This document shows, one piece after another, positions 19,856 through 30,105 of a stretch of 64,000 bases of DNA. The position numbers and the translations under genes were made by a program. This stretch comes from an uncultured Ruminococcus sp. (lineage in GTDB: Bacteria; Bacillota; Clostridia; Oscillospirales; Ruminococcaceae): the NCBI GenBank assembly GCA_947629455.1, contig CANRDT010000006.1, forward strand, positions 18,476 through 82,475, in the 5' to 3' direction. The stretch's first letter is position 1. Each line of letters opens with the position of its first letter. Under the pieces are notes generated by a model, which was given only the letters and a program-made list of their open reading frames with translations, was not told where the DNA came from and did no database searches.

Positions 19856-21052
19856 ATGAAAAATTTTACCTACGTTGCCAAGGATACTTCCGGTAAGACC
19901 GTAAAAGGTACCATGGAGGCGGAAGACGCGCAGGAGGTGCTGGAAAAAATACACGAACAGGGACTGTTCTGTATCAGTTACAGCGAAGCTTTGGGCGGAG
20001 GAAGAAAGAACGCCTATAAGTTCAAGACGAAAGCGCTTGCTTTCTCTTGCAGACAGTTGGCGGCAATGATGTCTTCGGGACTTACGATAGTAAAGGCTCT
20101 CGATATCCTTTATAAAGAAGAGGAAAACAAGGGCGCGAAGGAGACATGGCTCGGAGTTTATGAGGACGTAAACAAGGGCTCGACGCTGACCGAGGCTCTT
20201 ACGCAGCGTGCAGGCACGTTCCCCGACTTCTTTATAAGTATGGTAGACGCCGGAGAGACTTCCGGTACGCTCGACCTTACAATGCAGCGTCTGAGCGATT
20301 ATTACGCAAATACCAACAAGCTGAACAACAAGGTAAAAAGCGCGATGACTTATCCTATCATTCTGGGTGTGCTCTGCGTTGTAATGGTAATCGGTATGTT
20401 TACTTTCATAATGCCGCAGTTCGCAGGAATGATGTCCGAGGACGAAATGCCCGCCCTTTCAAAGGCGCTGTTTGATTTCAGCGACTTCGTAAAGGACAGA
20501 TGGTATGTGCTTGTCGGCGCGGTGGTCGTTATCATATTCGGTTGGATATACGCGCTGAAGGTCGATTCCGTAAGACTCTGGTTCGACAGGGTGAAGATCA
20601 AGATGCCGGCGGTCGGTCCGCTTATGGTAAAGATCTACGAAGGAAGATTTGCAAGAACGCTTTCCTCCCTTTATTCGAGCGGTATCTCGATGGTCGAGTG
20701 CCTCGAGCGTGCGTCAAAGATACTTAACAACAGATACGTTGACAAATGCTTTATACAGGTAGTCGATGAAGTTAAGCAGGGCGCGCCGCTGTCACAGTCC
20801 CTTACGAGAACGGAAATATTTGAAGGTATGTTCTGCTCCATCATCTATGTAGGTGAAGAGTCCGGCGCTCTTGACGAGATCCTTGAAAAGACTGCCGACT
20901 ACTACGAGGAAGAAGCGGACTCCGCAGTTGAAAGACTGGTAGGTCTGATGGAACCTCTTATGATAATCATAATGGGTCTTGCGATAGGTCTTTGTCTTGC
21001 GGGTATCTTCCCGATGCTGTACGGCGGTATGGAGGGTATCGAAAATACCTGA
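19856..21052 (+). CDS. pilC: Type IV pilus platform protein PilC (T2SS F family)
   Basis: RQLAAMMSSG, AGETSG.LD, AMTYP, GEESGALD..L, LMEP. Confidence 0.95.
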   Translation: MKNFTYVAKDTSGKTVKGTMEAEDAQEVLEKIHEQGLFCISYSEALGGGRKNAYKFKTKALAFSCRQLAAMMSSGLTIVKALDILYKEEENKGAKETWLGVYEDVNKGSTLTEALTQRAGTFPDFFISMVDAGETSGTLDLTMQRLSDYYANTNKLNNKVKSAMTYPIILGVLCVVMVIGMFTFIMPQFAGMMSEDEMPALSKALFDFSDFVKDRWYVLVGAVVVIIFGWIYALKVDSVRLWFDRVKIKMPAVGPLMVKIYEGRFARTLSSLYSSGISMVECLERASKILNNRYVDKCFIQVVDEVKQGAPLSQSLTRTEIFEGMFCSIIYVGEESGALDEILEKTADYYEEEADSAVERLVGLMEPLMIIIMGLAIGLCLAGIFPMLYGGMEGIENT

Positions 21053-21089
21053 TAAAAAGTACATAATAATTGAATGGAGTGAATAATAA

Positions 21090-22589
21090 ATGCTGTCTTT
21101 TGATATTTCGGATAGACAAATCAACATTGTAAAAGGCGACAACTCTGCCGGAAAGATCAGGATCGAAAAATCTCTCTCGGTCGAAGTGCCGGAGGATATG
21201 ATCCTCAACGGCGAGGTCATCAACCTTTCCGGTCTGGCAGACGTACTGGTGACCAACCTCAAAGCTGAAGTTATGATGGACAAGGAAGCTATCGTGACTT
21301 TCTCCTCCAGCAACATCGTGTTCAAGGAACTGGTAGTCCCCAAGGCTAAGGGAAACGAATTCCTCACCATGGTCCAGAACCATATGAGCCAGGAAATGGG
21401 TATCACGGACGATTACTCGATCTCATACACTGTAGTAGGAGAGGCGGGAGAGGAAAATCCCGGAGCGGTGAAGGTGCTTGCCACCGCCTGCCCCAGCTCG
21501 ATCGTTGAGGCTTTCAGAAAACTGTTCAACATTATGAGCATCAACCTTAAATCAGTTAATATCAGCTGTAACTCGATCTCGAGGATCGTTCTGGCGGACA
21601 AGAGCAATATGGAAAAAATGCCTTTGCTGGTCTGCCAGCTCGACAGCGCGTTTCTGGGACTTACCCTTTTTGAAAACGGTCAGATGGCATTCGCGAGATA
21701 CGTTCCGATCGACCCCGAGGAATATGATTCCGAGGATTACATAATCGAGGCTCTGAATGAAAACATATTCAGAATGGAACAGTTCAACAAGGCAAGAGGC
21801 GGCCCGGGACTTGAAAACGTAATACTTTACGGTAAGATCGATGACTACATCAAGCTTGTCGACTCACTGGACGGTATGGAGATCAAGGCGTCGCTGCTCG
21901 GAGTTCCTACTCAGCAGATAACCGGATATGAAAACTTCGAGTTTACCGTATTTGCAAACGCTATCGGCGCTCTCTACAGAAGAAACAAGCAGACCGAGCG
22001 TATCAACCTCCTTGAAGTCGATACCGCGACAGGTAAGTCGAGCGAAGGTCTTAATTCGCTTATGATAACCGCAGGTGTTATCGTGGCGGCGTCGGCAATA
22101 GCCATTGCGGCAGTTTCGCTCTTTATCGGAATGAGTGAAAAGAGCGTCCGCAAGGATATTGACAAGACCAACAAGAATATCGAAGAGTGCGATAAGGTCA
22201 TAGCGGAGAACCTGATACTCCACAACGGTCTTGAAATAATCAATGAGTATAAGACGCAGGTCGAGGGTGCGAGAAATATCCTCCAGAATCTGCCGCTCCT
22301 CAAAAAACAGGTATTTGAACAGATCAATAAGGCAATGGGCTCGTCTGAAGGCAAGGTAAACTACACCGGCTTTACATATGACGAAAATCAGGCGATGGTC
22401 ACCATTACCGATGTTCAGGTGGACGGACAGTTACAGGCTCCTGAATTTGTTAAGTCTATCAAGGCGCTTAACTTCTTCAAGGACGTTACCTTTACAGGAT
22501 ATACCGGTACGGGTACGGACGACGATCCGGTTATTATTACGTCCTTACAGCTTTATTTGAATAGCGAGGTGGCAGAAGATGAAACTTAA
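21090..22589 (+). CDS. pilM: Type IV pilus alignment protein, PilM-PilN fusion
   Basis: Actin-like PilM N-terminal part, then INLL motif, TM helix and coiled coil typical of PilN. Confidence 0.85.
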   Translation: MLSFDISDRQINIVKGDNSAGKIRIEKSLSVEVPEDMILNGEVINLSGLADVLVTNLKAEVMMDKEAIVTFSSSNIVFKELVVPKAKGNEFLTMVQNHMSQEMGITDDYSISYTVVGEAGEENPGAVKVLATACPSSIVEAFRKLFNIMSINLKSVNISCNSISRIVLADKSNMEKMPLLVCQLDSAFLGLTLFENGQMAFARYVPIDPEEYDSEDYIIEALNENIFRMEQFNKARGGPGLENVILYGKIDDYIKLVDSLDGMEIKASLLGVPTQQITGYENFEFTVFANAIGALYRRNKQTERINLLEVDTATGKSSEGLNSLMITAGVIVAASAIAIAAVSLFIGMSEKSVRKDIDKTNKNIEECDKVIAENLILHNGLEIINEYKTQVEGARNILQNLPLLKKQVFEQINKAMGSSEGKVNYTGFTYDENQAMVTITDVQVDGQLQAPEFVKSIKALNFFKDVTFTGYTGTGTDDDPVIITSLQLYLNSEVAEDET

Positions 22590-23343
22590 TTATCGTGATA
22601 AAGTACTTTTGATAGCGGTACTTGTAATTCTGGTATGGGTCGCCGGCATAATGCTGTTTATCAAACCGGCGTTTGAGGATCTTGACACTGCAAAGAAAGA
22701 GCTGAATACCAAGACGGTAGAGCTCGATCAGAAACAGAAACAGGTAAAGGACGACGAAGATCTTCCTAACAGAGTAGAAAAGGCTTACGACGAAGTTACC
22801 GAGATACGCTCAAACTTCTACTCAAAGCTTACTACCGACGAAGTCAGTGAAACGATCGATAATCTGCTCGATACGGATAACATCACCAATGACAGCCTGA
22901 CGATCTCGGCTTATTCGTCCGTAGTACTTCAGGCGATCGTAGCCAACACGACCGAAATGCAGACTCCTATAGACGAGCTTGCACAGAGACCGCTTGACGG
23001 AGCAGCAACTCCGACCGATACCGCGGCAGACGCAAATGCGGACGGTACGGCGGTAGTATCAGTGACAGTCCCCAGCTATTCGGTAAACTTCGGATTTAAC
23101 TGCAAACTCGAGGATCTCCAGAACTTCCTTGACAAGCTGACTACAAATACCGAAAAGAGCCTTGTCGTTACCAACTGCAATATTACAGATGTAAATGCGG
23201 ACAACGTCGAGGGTACTATGCAGATGGTGCTTATGATGATGCCTGAGCTGAAGAATCCGCTCGAGGAGGACGCAGACAACGATAAAGCAGCCGATGAGAG
23301 CAAGGACGACGAAAAGGACGAATCGTCCGAGGCTGACGAGTAA
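22579..23343 (+). CDS. PilO-like protein
   Basis: N-terminal RDK + TM + coiled coil; LQNFLDKL..SLVV; position after pilMN. Confidence 0.7.
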   Translation: MKLNYRDKVLLIAVLVILVWVAGIMLFIKPAFEDLDTAKKELNTKTVELDQKQKQVKDDEDLPNRVEKAYDEVTEIRSNFYSKLTTDEVSETIDNLLDTDNITNDSLTISAYSSVVLQAIVANTTEMQTPIDELAQRPLDGAATPTDTAADANADGTAVVSVTVPSYSVNFGFNCKLEDLQNFLDKLTTNTEKSLVVTNCNITDVNADNVEGTMQMVLMMMPELKNPLEEDADNDKAADESKDDEKDESSEADE

Positions 23344-23526
23344 TTTATAGCACTTAAAAGTAGGTAGAGGGCTGAAAAATGCCCCCTACCGAAAAGTGTT
23401 ATGATTTAATTAAAATTTTTATTTAGACATCGCGGAAAATGCAGCCGGAGAAAGACGTTCGGTTGATCGGGATCGGACGTCCGCAGCATTTTCGCAGACC
23501 GAGGCAAATTATGAAAGGTGGTTATT

Positions 23527-25770
23527 ATGGAGAAAGGGAAAATGCGCGCAAATGAGCGCGGCGTAGTTCTGATGACTGCGCTGGCGGTAATGCTGATGCT
23601 GTCGATTCTTATGTCCTCTATAGTGTTCTTTGTAGGTCTTAACCAGCAGACGACACACGAAAACTACAGAGAGAATCAGGCTTACCTTACCGCATCGACG
23701 ACTCTGGAAAGTTTCATTGCCAATATTGAAAACACAACGGCAAATCCTACAAATGATCCTGCCAAGTTGGCTGATCAGATAAAAGCCATCGAGGATCTTG
23801 AAAAGCTTGCCGATGCTAACGGCGGCAAGGGTACTACGACCAATGTTCAGATCAACGGCAGAACCGATAATACCGAGAATATGGGTACATGTACGATAAC
23901 GGTCGCAAGGGAAGCCGGCAGCTCGACAAATATCGTTGTTACCTGCACGGCTAATTACCTTGGCGAGGAACAGACCGTTGCGGCTCATATCGCGACACAG
24001 AGCAAAAACAAGACAGCCGATTACACCAATACGATCGAAATTACAGGCAACGGCGATGCCACATATGATAACCTGAACGTTGTCGGAGATATGGCTTGTA
24101 TTGATGAATCTACCGGAAAGGTCTACAACTTTACAAATAATACTACAGTTTACGGCAGCTATCTTATGCAGGGTTCGCTTAAAAATGATACAAAGACCCG
24201 TATAGGTCTCAGACCGAGTCTTACAGACCCGACAAAGGGTACTTCGGTAACTATTTCTGAAAATTTGTTAAATTCAAGTAATGATCTGACGATCGATACT
24301 ACCATGATACGCGGAGACGGTTATAACTACGTAAATGTTGGTCAGTTATTACAATTAGGTGGTGGTCACCCTAAGATAGGAAACCTCGCTTCTGATGGTA
24401 CACCTCTTGAAATTGATGTTTTCTGCTCTAAGTTAGAGATGACATCTAACAGCTATGAACAATATGGTAATCTGTATTGCTATAAGACAAATAGCATATA
24501 TGACGGCAGTTTTTACATCAAGCCCAATGGCGGCGATTTTATAGTACATGGCGATCTCTTTGTTGAGGGTAATCTTACAGTAGATGCAGATACTGTGAGA
24601 CTTAAAGTTGACGGCAATATTTATGTAGCAGCCGGCTCAACTATTACCGGAAAAGATCGTATTCAATGCGGCGGAGAAATTTTTGACAATGCTACTTTCT
24701 CCAAGGCGGGCAGAGATTCAAGACCTGAACTGCCTCTGAAAACCAATGAGTATGTATATTTCCCGGAAGATTTCTTTGTAAGTAATGACCCCGGTATTTC
24801 AACTATTAAGAATAAATATCTCGGTTTCTATGATGGTACTATTACCAAAACGGTTGGCTCGATTCTGAATGCAAGCAGCGGCGATGTTGTCGTTAAGGAC
24901 AAAGCAGATATAAATAATGACGGCGTAGAGGAAGACGTTGAAAGCCATTATGTCGCAAAGATCACTGAAAGCTGTAAGTTTACAAGTTCAAATATTGATA
25001 AGTTAAAGAATGGCGGAAAGTTACTTGTCGAAGTTACCGATGCTTCTAAGGATATTGTAATTATGCTTCAAGGCGGACTTTCACTTGGAAGTGAATGGAG
25101 TCCGGCGATAATAGTCAGAAATACTTCTGAATTTAACGAGGCAACACGAGAGCATAAGTACAATTGTTATATCGTATCCGATTCCGGCAAGGACATTCAG
25201 CTCACCGGTCTTGATGCGTCCGGTAAATCTCAGCACACCGGTTCGACCGCCTGCGATATCAAGATCGAAAAGTTCATGGTTCTTGATTATAATACCTATA
25301 TTCGTATGTATGAGTCTTCGGAATTGCTTGCTTCTAAGAGTGCTTTGGCAGCTGTAACTCCTAAGAATACTTTTATACTTAACTCATCTGAAGTTGATTT
25401 GCCGAATGCTTACAGACCTGAGCGCGGAAATATCGTATTCCTGCTCGGTGAAGGAACAACATTTACCGCTCCTAATGCCGGATTGATACAGGCAAGCGTT
25501 TACGCACCTCAGGCAAATTGGATCATTGAAACCAACGGTGTCAGCCTGAATGTTGCCGATTCTACCGGAAATACCATGACGGTCGGTGAAAGTGGAAACA
25601 CTCTTGGCGTACTGCATATCGGCGTAGTTATTGCCGGCAAGTTCAACAACAAAAACACGGCATTCTATGTTTTCCAGAAACCATCTTCAACTTCAATGCT
25701 TGCTGCTGCAAAGGGAGCAAAGGACGACACGGCAACCGGATATACACTTAACAGATATGATCATTATTGA
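23527..25770 (+). CDS. Large PilX/PilK-type minor pilin / adhesin
   Basis: Class III signal NERG|VVLMT without Glu5, QAYLTA motif, long beta-rich body. Confidence 0.75.
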   Translation: MEKGKMRANERGVVLMTALAVMLMLSILMSSIVFFVGLNQQTTHENYRENQAYLTASTTLESFIANIENTTANPTNDPAKLADQIKAIEDLEKLADANGGKGTTTNVQINGRTDNTENMGTCTITVAREAGSSTNIVVTCTANYLGEEQTVAAHIATQSKNKTADYTNTIEITGNGDATYDNLNVVGDMACIDESTGKVYNFTNNTTVYGSYLMQGSLKNDTKTRIGLRPSLTDPTKGTSVTISENLLNSSNDLTIDTTMIRGDGYNYVNVGQLLQLGGGHPKIGNLASDGTPLEIDVFCSKLEMTSNSYEQYGNLYCYKTNSIYDGSFYIKPNGGDFIVHGDLFVEGNLTVDADTVRLKVDGNIYVAAGSTITGKDRIQCGGEIFDNATFSKAGRDSRPELPLKTNEYVYFPEDFFVSNDPGISTIKNKYLGFYDGTITKTVGSILNASSGDVVVKDKADINNDGVEEDVESHYVAKITESCKFTSSNIDKLKNGGKLLVEVTDASKDIVIMLQGGLSLGSEWSPAIIVRNTSEFNEATREHKYNCYIVSDSGKDIQLTGLDASGKSQHTGSTACDIKIEKFMVLDYNTYIRMYESSELLASKSALAAVTPKNTFILNSSEVDLPNAYRPERGNIVFLLGEGTTFTAPNAGLIQASVYAPQANWIIETNGVSLNVADSTGNTMTVGESGNTLGVLHIGVVIAGKFNNKNTAFYVFQKPSSTSMLAAAKGAKDDTATGYTLNRYDHY

Positions 25771-25793
25771 TCCTGAGAAGGGAGAGATATGCA

Positions 25794-26630
25794 TTGAAAA
25801 AAATCGTTAAGAATGAAAGCGGTATGACCCTTGTCGAGATAATCGTTGCAATGGCGCTGCTCGGCGTAATGTCAAGTATGTTCGTTACAACGGCGGTGTT
25901 CGCAAGCAGATCGAACGCGAACAACTATAACCGCGACAAGGAAATGCACGCTCAGGCAGTCGATGCCGCTCAGTATAACGATCATAAAACATATGAAGTT
26001 TATGATCTGAAAGTAAATAAAAACAACGCTGCCGGAACAAATTCAAATCAGTTTACGCTTAAAGCCGATTTTGGCGGCGGTATAGTCTGGGAAACAAAGA
26101 CTAACGGCTTTAAAGCAAAGCGCAATAACTATCAGAAGGGTACTTCTTATCAGCTCAAATTCTTTGACAGCGGTTCTCTTGATATCAAGCCCGATCCGAC
26201 TAAAGGAATATACTGGATAAGGTATTACAACGACTCCGGAACGGATATGCTGCAATATGTCAACACTCCTGAAACTGTCGGCGGAAGATTCTTTGACGTC
26301 AATTCAAATACCGCGGGAAATGAAATGCTCGTCAACACTCCCACAGGCGGCAAAGCTGAGTTTGGTATAGTTGTTACTGCGGGACAGACCGATATATTCG
26401 GTTTCAGCGAGAATGGAGATCTTTATACCGACGATCACATCATGACCGAGAACGATCACAAGTTCACAAGTACTGATTTTGAGAAATTCCTTGAAGTCGA
26501 TGCGGAAGGAAACAAGACGGGATTTGTGGTTATCCATTACAATGGCGGAGACGAATATTTAAATCAGGCAGAATATGAAGCATCTCTTGATGCACTGCCT
26601 CCGGATGACCCCGACGCGGATTCGGAATAG
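25794..26630 (+). CDS. Type IV minor pilin
   Basis: NESG|MTLVEIIVAM prepilin motif; TTG start after AAGGGAGA. Confidence 0.9.
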   Translation: MKKIVKNESGMTLVEIIVAMALLGVMSSMFVTTAVFASRSNANNYNRDKEMHAQAVDAAQYNDHKTYEVYDLKVNKNNAAGTNSNQFTLKADFGGGIVWETKTNGFKAKRNNYQKGTSYQLKFFDSGSLDIKPDPTKGIYWIRYYNDSGTDMLQYVNTPETVGGRFFDVNSNTAGNEMLVNTPTGGKAEFGIVVTAGQTDIFGFSENGDLYTDDHIMTENDHKFTSTDFEKFLEVDAEGNKTGFVVIHYNGGDEYLNQAEYEASLDALPPDDPDADSE

Positions 26631-26650
26631 TAAGTAAGGAGGGTATCTGA

Positions 26651-28906
26651 TTGAAAAATTTAAAGACAACTAAAAATCAGCCCGGTTTTACTCTTGTCGA
26701 ATTGATAGTCGTTGTTACGATCTTCGGTATCATAATGGGCGCGATACTCAATATTATCCGCCCTGCTAATGAGTCGTACAGTTCTGCCGAGGCTATTGTG
26801 GAAACTAACCAGACAGGTTCGGCAATGATAGATTATCTTGACGAAAACCTTAAATATGCCACGAATATGCTTGTCCTGAAAGATTATGTCGGCGTACCTA
26901 AGGTGAATAACGGTATGCTGGGCGGAAGCAGTACTATCTATAAGAGCTGTATCATCATCGACAACAATAATCTGCGCGGCTACAGCGAAAAGGATTATTC
27001 GGGCGATGACAATGATACCGCACAGAAGAGAATGGGCTGCACCGGCTGTATTATCCGCATAGACAATATCAATACGGACGGTCTGTCGTTTGACAATTCA
27101 CAGGTCGCTCTGGGCGTTGATGAATACGGCAAGTTCAAATTTGATATAAGCGCACAGATAAACGGAAGTGCTGAAGACAAGAAATGGAATCTTGACGTTT
27201 CGCTTGATACTTATGAACCCGTTTATGACGGCGGTACTTATTCGTTTACAAAGACAAGGTATAAGGCTGAGTCCTCTATCGATCTTGTAAACATAAACGT
27301 TAAGCCTGAAGATCCTTTCAGAGTCAATGATTTCGTTGACTTTTCGGTTGCACCTGATTACACGAAGTATCCGCAGGAGAATCTTGCAGATGCCACGGGT
27401 TACAGCACCGAACAGCAGAAGGTATATTATGATACTGCCAACAGCGACAACAAGTATACCTATATTTTCTTTGATAAGAAAACTTCTGCCGACAGCGTTA
27501 AGTATAGCGTAACATTCCAGTATGCCGCTGATTCTCCGGTAAATCCCGGATCTATCATTGCGTCGACTATGGTAGTTCCCGGCAACAAGATCTCGGGTAT
27601 ACCTACTCTTACTGCGCAGGCAGGTTATCTTGCACCTGTATGGAAGTGCGACGACGGTAATGTTTATACGGCAGATGAAATTAAGAATTATGTAGTAAAT
27701 AACGACGTCACCTTCTTTGCGTACTATCAGCCGGATTCTAATTATAATCCGCATACGGTAACGCTTTACGAGATGGACGGCACTACTGTTTTCAAGACGC
27801 TGTCTGTTCAGGACGGTACGATCATGCCATACCCCGGACCTCCCAGCAATGTACCTGAGAATTATAAGTTCCTTGATTGGGTGCTGAAGTCCGATAACTC
27901 AAAGTCTTACAAGGATGTTTCCATTACGGCAGAGGGATTTGAATTTGTTCCGCTGTGTGAGGAATTGCTTGAGGTAAAGTATTTTGATACGGAAAATGCT
28001 TTGTTCGCTGTTCAGTATGTGGAATATGATGATTATGGCAGCGGTGATGCTATAACATCTACATTTAATATTATTGACACTATCCCGGCAGTTCCGAGCG
28101 ATCAGCTCTTTAAAGGTTGGGATCTTGACAGCGATCCGGCTGATAATTCATTATATCACTCCGGAGATGTATGTGTGGCTCATATAAAGCCTGTTACTTT
28201 CAAAGCGGTGACTGAACCTAAACCCCCTGCAGATAAAGTAACTATTCATTTTATAAATGGATTTAATGAGCAAAACAATGCTTGGGGACAAATAGTTGTT
28301 CGTTCCGGCGGTAACTCACATCCTGACCCCGTTAAGTACATTTATAACGGTGCAGAGTATACTTTAGCTAATGATGAACATAACAATGAACAGACACAAA
28401 TTGTTTCTAAGGAAATTCCGGATGGTACTACGTTTGAAATTGAGTTCACTTCCGATTACTACAAAGTAGAATTCAGAGGTAATACAATAACTCCGGATTC
28501 ACCTAATGAATATTGGTACTATTTTAAAAATAACAATTATGTATTTACCAGTACTCCTCCTGCACCTACGAATATCACAGCAAGTTTATCAAGTGTAAAT
28601 AAAGGGGGGGATGCAAGTGGACAGATTTTAATTAATATTAAAAATACAGGTGATCTATCCTCAAATGACGACTATATAGTTGCACTTACCACACCTATTA
28701 AATTTAAAGAAGGATACGGATGTTGGGGCATAGATAATCTTAAGAGTGGAAATTATCCAAATATGCGTACTGTTTATTGTAGAATACCTGCATCTCAGTT
28801 GACTGGTGGTAGAGACGCGACAATAACTTTCCAATTGACTTTTGAATCTGAGATTATTACTGATTCTTCAAGTTATATTGTTGACATTTCTCGAGCTACG
28901 GACTAA
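26651..28906 (+). CDS. Large minor pilin with InlB B-repeat-like stalk domains
   Basis: PG|FTLVELIVV; about three VTF..G..P..GY.F.(G/D)W repeats; AT-rich C-terminal part. Confidence 0.85.
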   Translation: MKNLKTTKNQPGFTLVELIVVVTIFGIIMGAILNIIRPANESYSSAEAIVETNQTGSAMIDYLDENLKYATNMLVLKDYVGVPKVNNGMLGGSSTIYKSCIIIDNNNLRGYSEKDYSGDDNDTAQKRMGCTGCIIRIDNINTDGLSFDNSQVALGVDEYGKFKFDISAQINGSAEDKKWNLDVSLDTYEPVYDGGTYSFTKTRYKAESSIDLVNINVKPEDPFRVNDFVDFSVAPDYTKYPQENLADATGYSTEQQKVYYDTANSDNKYTYIFFDKKTSADSVKYSVTFQYAADSPVNPGSIIASTMVVPGNKISGIPTLTAQAGYLAPVWKCDDGNVYTADEIKNYVVNNDVTFFAYYQPDSNYNPHTVTLYEMDGTTVFKTLSVQDGTIMPYPGPPSNVPENYKFLDWVLKSDNSKSYKDVSITAEGFEFVPLCEELLEVKYFDTENALFAVQYVEYDDYGSGDAITSTFNIIDTIPAVPSDQLFKGWDLDSDPADNSLYHSGDVCVAHIKPVTFKAVTEPKPPADKVTIHFINGFNEQNNAWGQIVVRSGGNSHPDPVKYIYNGAEYTLANDEHNNEQTQIVSKEIPDGTTFEIEFTSDYYKVEFRGNTITPDSPNEYWYYFKNNNYVFTSTPPAPTNITASLSSVNKGGDASGQILINIKNTGDLSSNDDYIVALTTPIKFKEGYGCWGIDNLKSGNYPNMRTVYCRIPASQLTGGRDATITFQLTFESEIITDSSSYIVDISRATD

Positions 28907-28916
28907 CCTAACTTCA

Positions 28917-28985
28917 CAAGCGGCAGTTCTGCCGCTTGCTGAAAAAATCCCCTTAACCGAATAAACTCAGTTAAGAGGATTTTTT
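28917..28985 (+). terminator. Tandem hairpins/terminator after pilin operon
   Basis: CAAGCGGCAG-TT-CTGCCGCTTG and AAAAAATCCCCTTAAC..GTTAAGAGGATTTTTT. Confidence 0.8.
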
Positions 28986-29091
28986 GAGCAGATAAAACAC
29001 AAACATCACGCCTTCGGGCAGAAAAATATCCGCCGCAAGGACGGATACATATTATTCAACTCATTCAGAACCACAAAGTCTGAGCCGCGCG

Positions 29092-29901
29092 TTATCCGGC
29101 AAGTATTTCGTCAAGTCCCGTGAATTTCATATACAGCTCGGCAAGCTCGTTTCCGTAGACGGCAGCCGCTGCGATACCGAGCGAAAGCCACGGTCCGAAT
29201 GCGAATACTGACTTTTCCGTGCGGTACTTGATGATAAGTCCGGCGATCGAACCGGTTATCAATCCGATAAACAGCGCGACAAGTATGTTCTGCAAACCGA
29301 GGAACAGTCCGGCGGCAGCCATGAGATAAACGTCACCGCGCCCCATTGCCCTGCCCTTGCTGGCAAGCTCGATTATGAGGAGCGGCAGGCTGACTGCAAA
29401 AGCCCCGATAATGTGCGACTTGATCGTGACGTCATACTCGCCGTGGAAAAGTATTATCTGCACGACGGCGATCACCGCAATAAAGATCACCACATAATTC
29501 GAGATCAGCTGCGTGTCCCAATCCATAAAGAACACCACGATCAGCGCCGAGAAAAGCAGGGCGGTCAGCAGGAACTTTGCGGGATTGAGCAGCACGTCCA
29601 TACGCCATGCCACAAAAAGCCAGCACAGGGCGTTAAGCAGCTCCACCACGGTGTAGCGAGGAGAGATCCTTGCACCGCAGCTGCGGCATTTTCCCCTAAG
29701 TATGCACCAGCTGATTATCGGTATGAGGTCGCGGCGCTTTATCGGTTCGCCGCAGGTCATACAGTGCGAATTGCGCTTTATCAGCGATTCCTCTTTCGGC
29801 AGGCGGTAAATGCAGACGTTCAGAAAACTGCCCACGCACGCCCCGAATAGGAACACGAACACATAAATGACACCGATGTAAACGTAATATTGTGTACCCA
29901 A
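29092..29901 (-). CDS. pilD: Prepilin peptidase
   Basis: GSFLNVCIYRLP, two CxxC, MGRGDV, FAFGPWL; TTG start after AAGGAGGT. Confidence 0.95.
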   Translation of the reverse strand: MGTQYYVYIGVIYVFVFLFGACVGSFLNVCIYRLPKEESLIKRNSHCMTCGEPIKRRDLIPIISWCILRGKCRSCGARISPRYTVVELLNALCWLFVAWRMDVLLNPAKFLLTALLFSALIVVFFMDWDTQLISNYVVIFIAVIAVVQIILFHGEYDVTIKSHIIGAFAVSLPLLIIELASKGRAMGRGDVYLMAAAGLFLGLQNILVALFIGLITGSIAGLIIKYRTEKSVFAFGPWLSLGIAAAAVYGNELAELYMKFTGLDEILAG

Positions 29902-30105
29902 GTGTCTTACCTCCTTAACGATCATTTATCTGACAACTACTATTTTAACATATATTTTCGCCGAATACAAGTGCTTTTGGCTTTTTTTGTGAAGAGAGAG
30001 CATTGCGGCGGTATCTTTGGCGGAGAACATCTCCGGCAGCGGTCTGTCGTCCGCAGCTGACAGTGCGCTGTTAAGTATTTTTTTTCTGCGGAGAAGGAGT
30101 TTTTT

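Noticed and set aside
29930-30105. c-di-GMP riboswitch before pilB
   Set aside because: No recognisable class I or II consensus by eye; an Rfam scan would settle it
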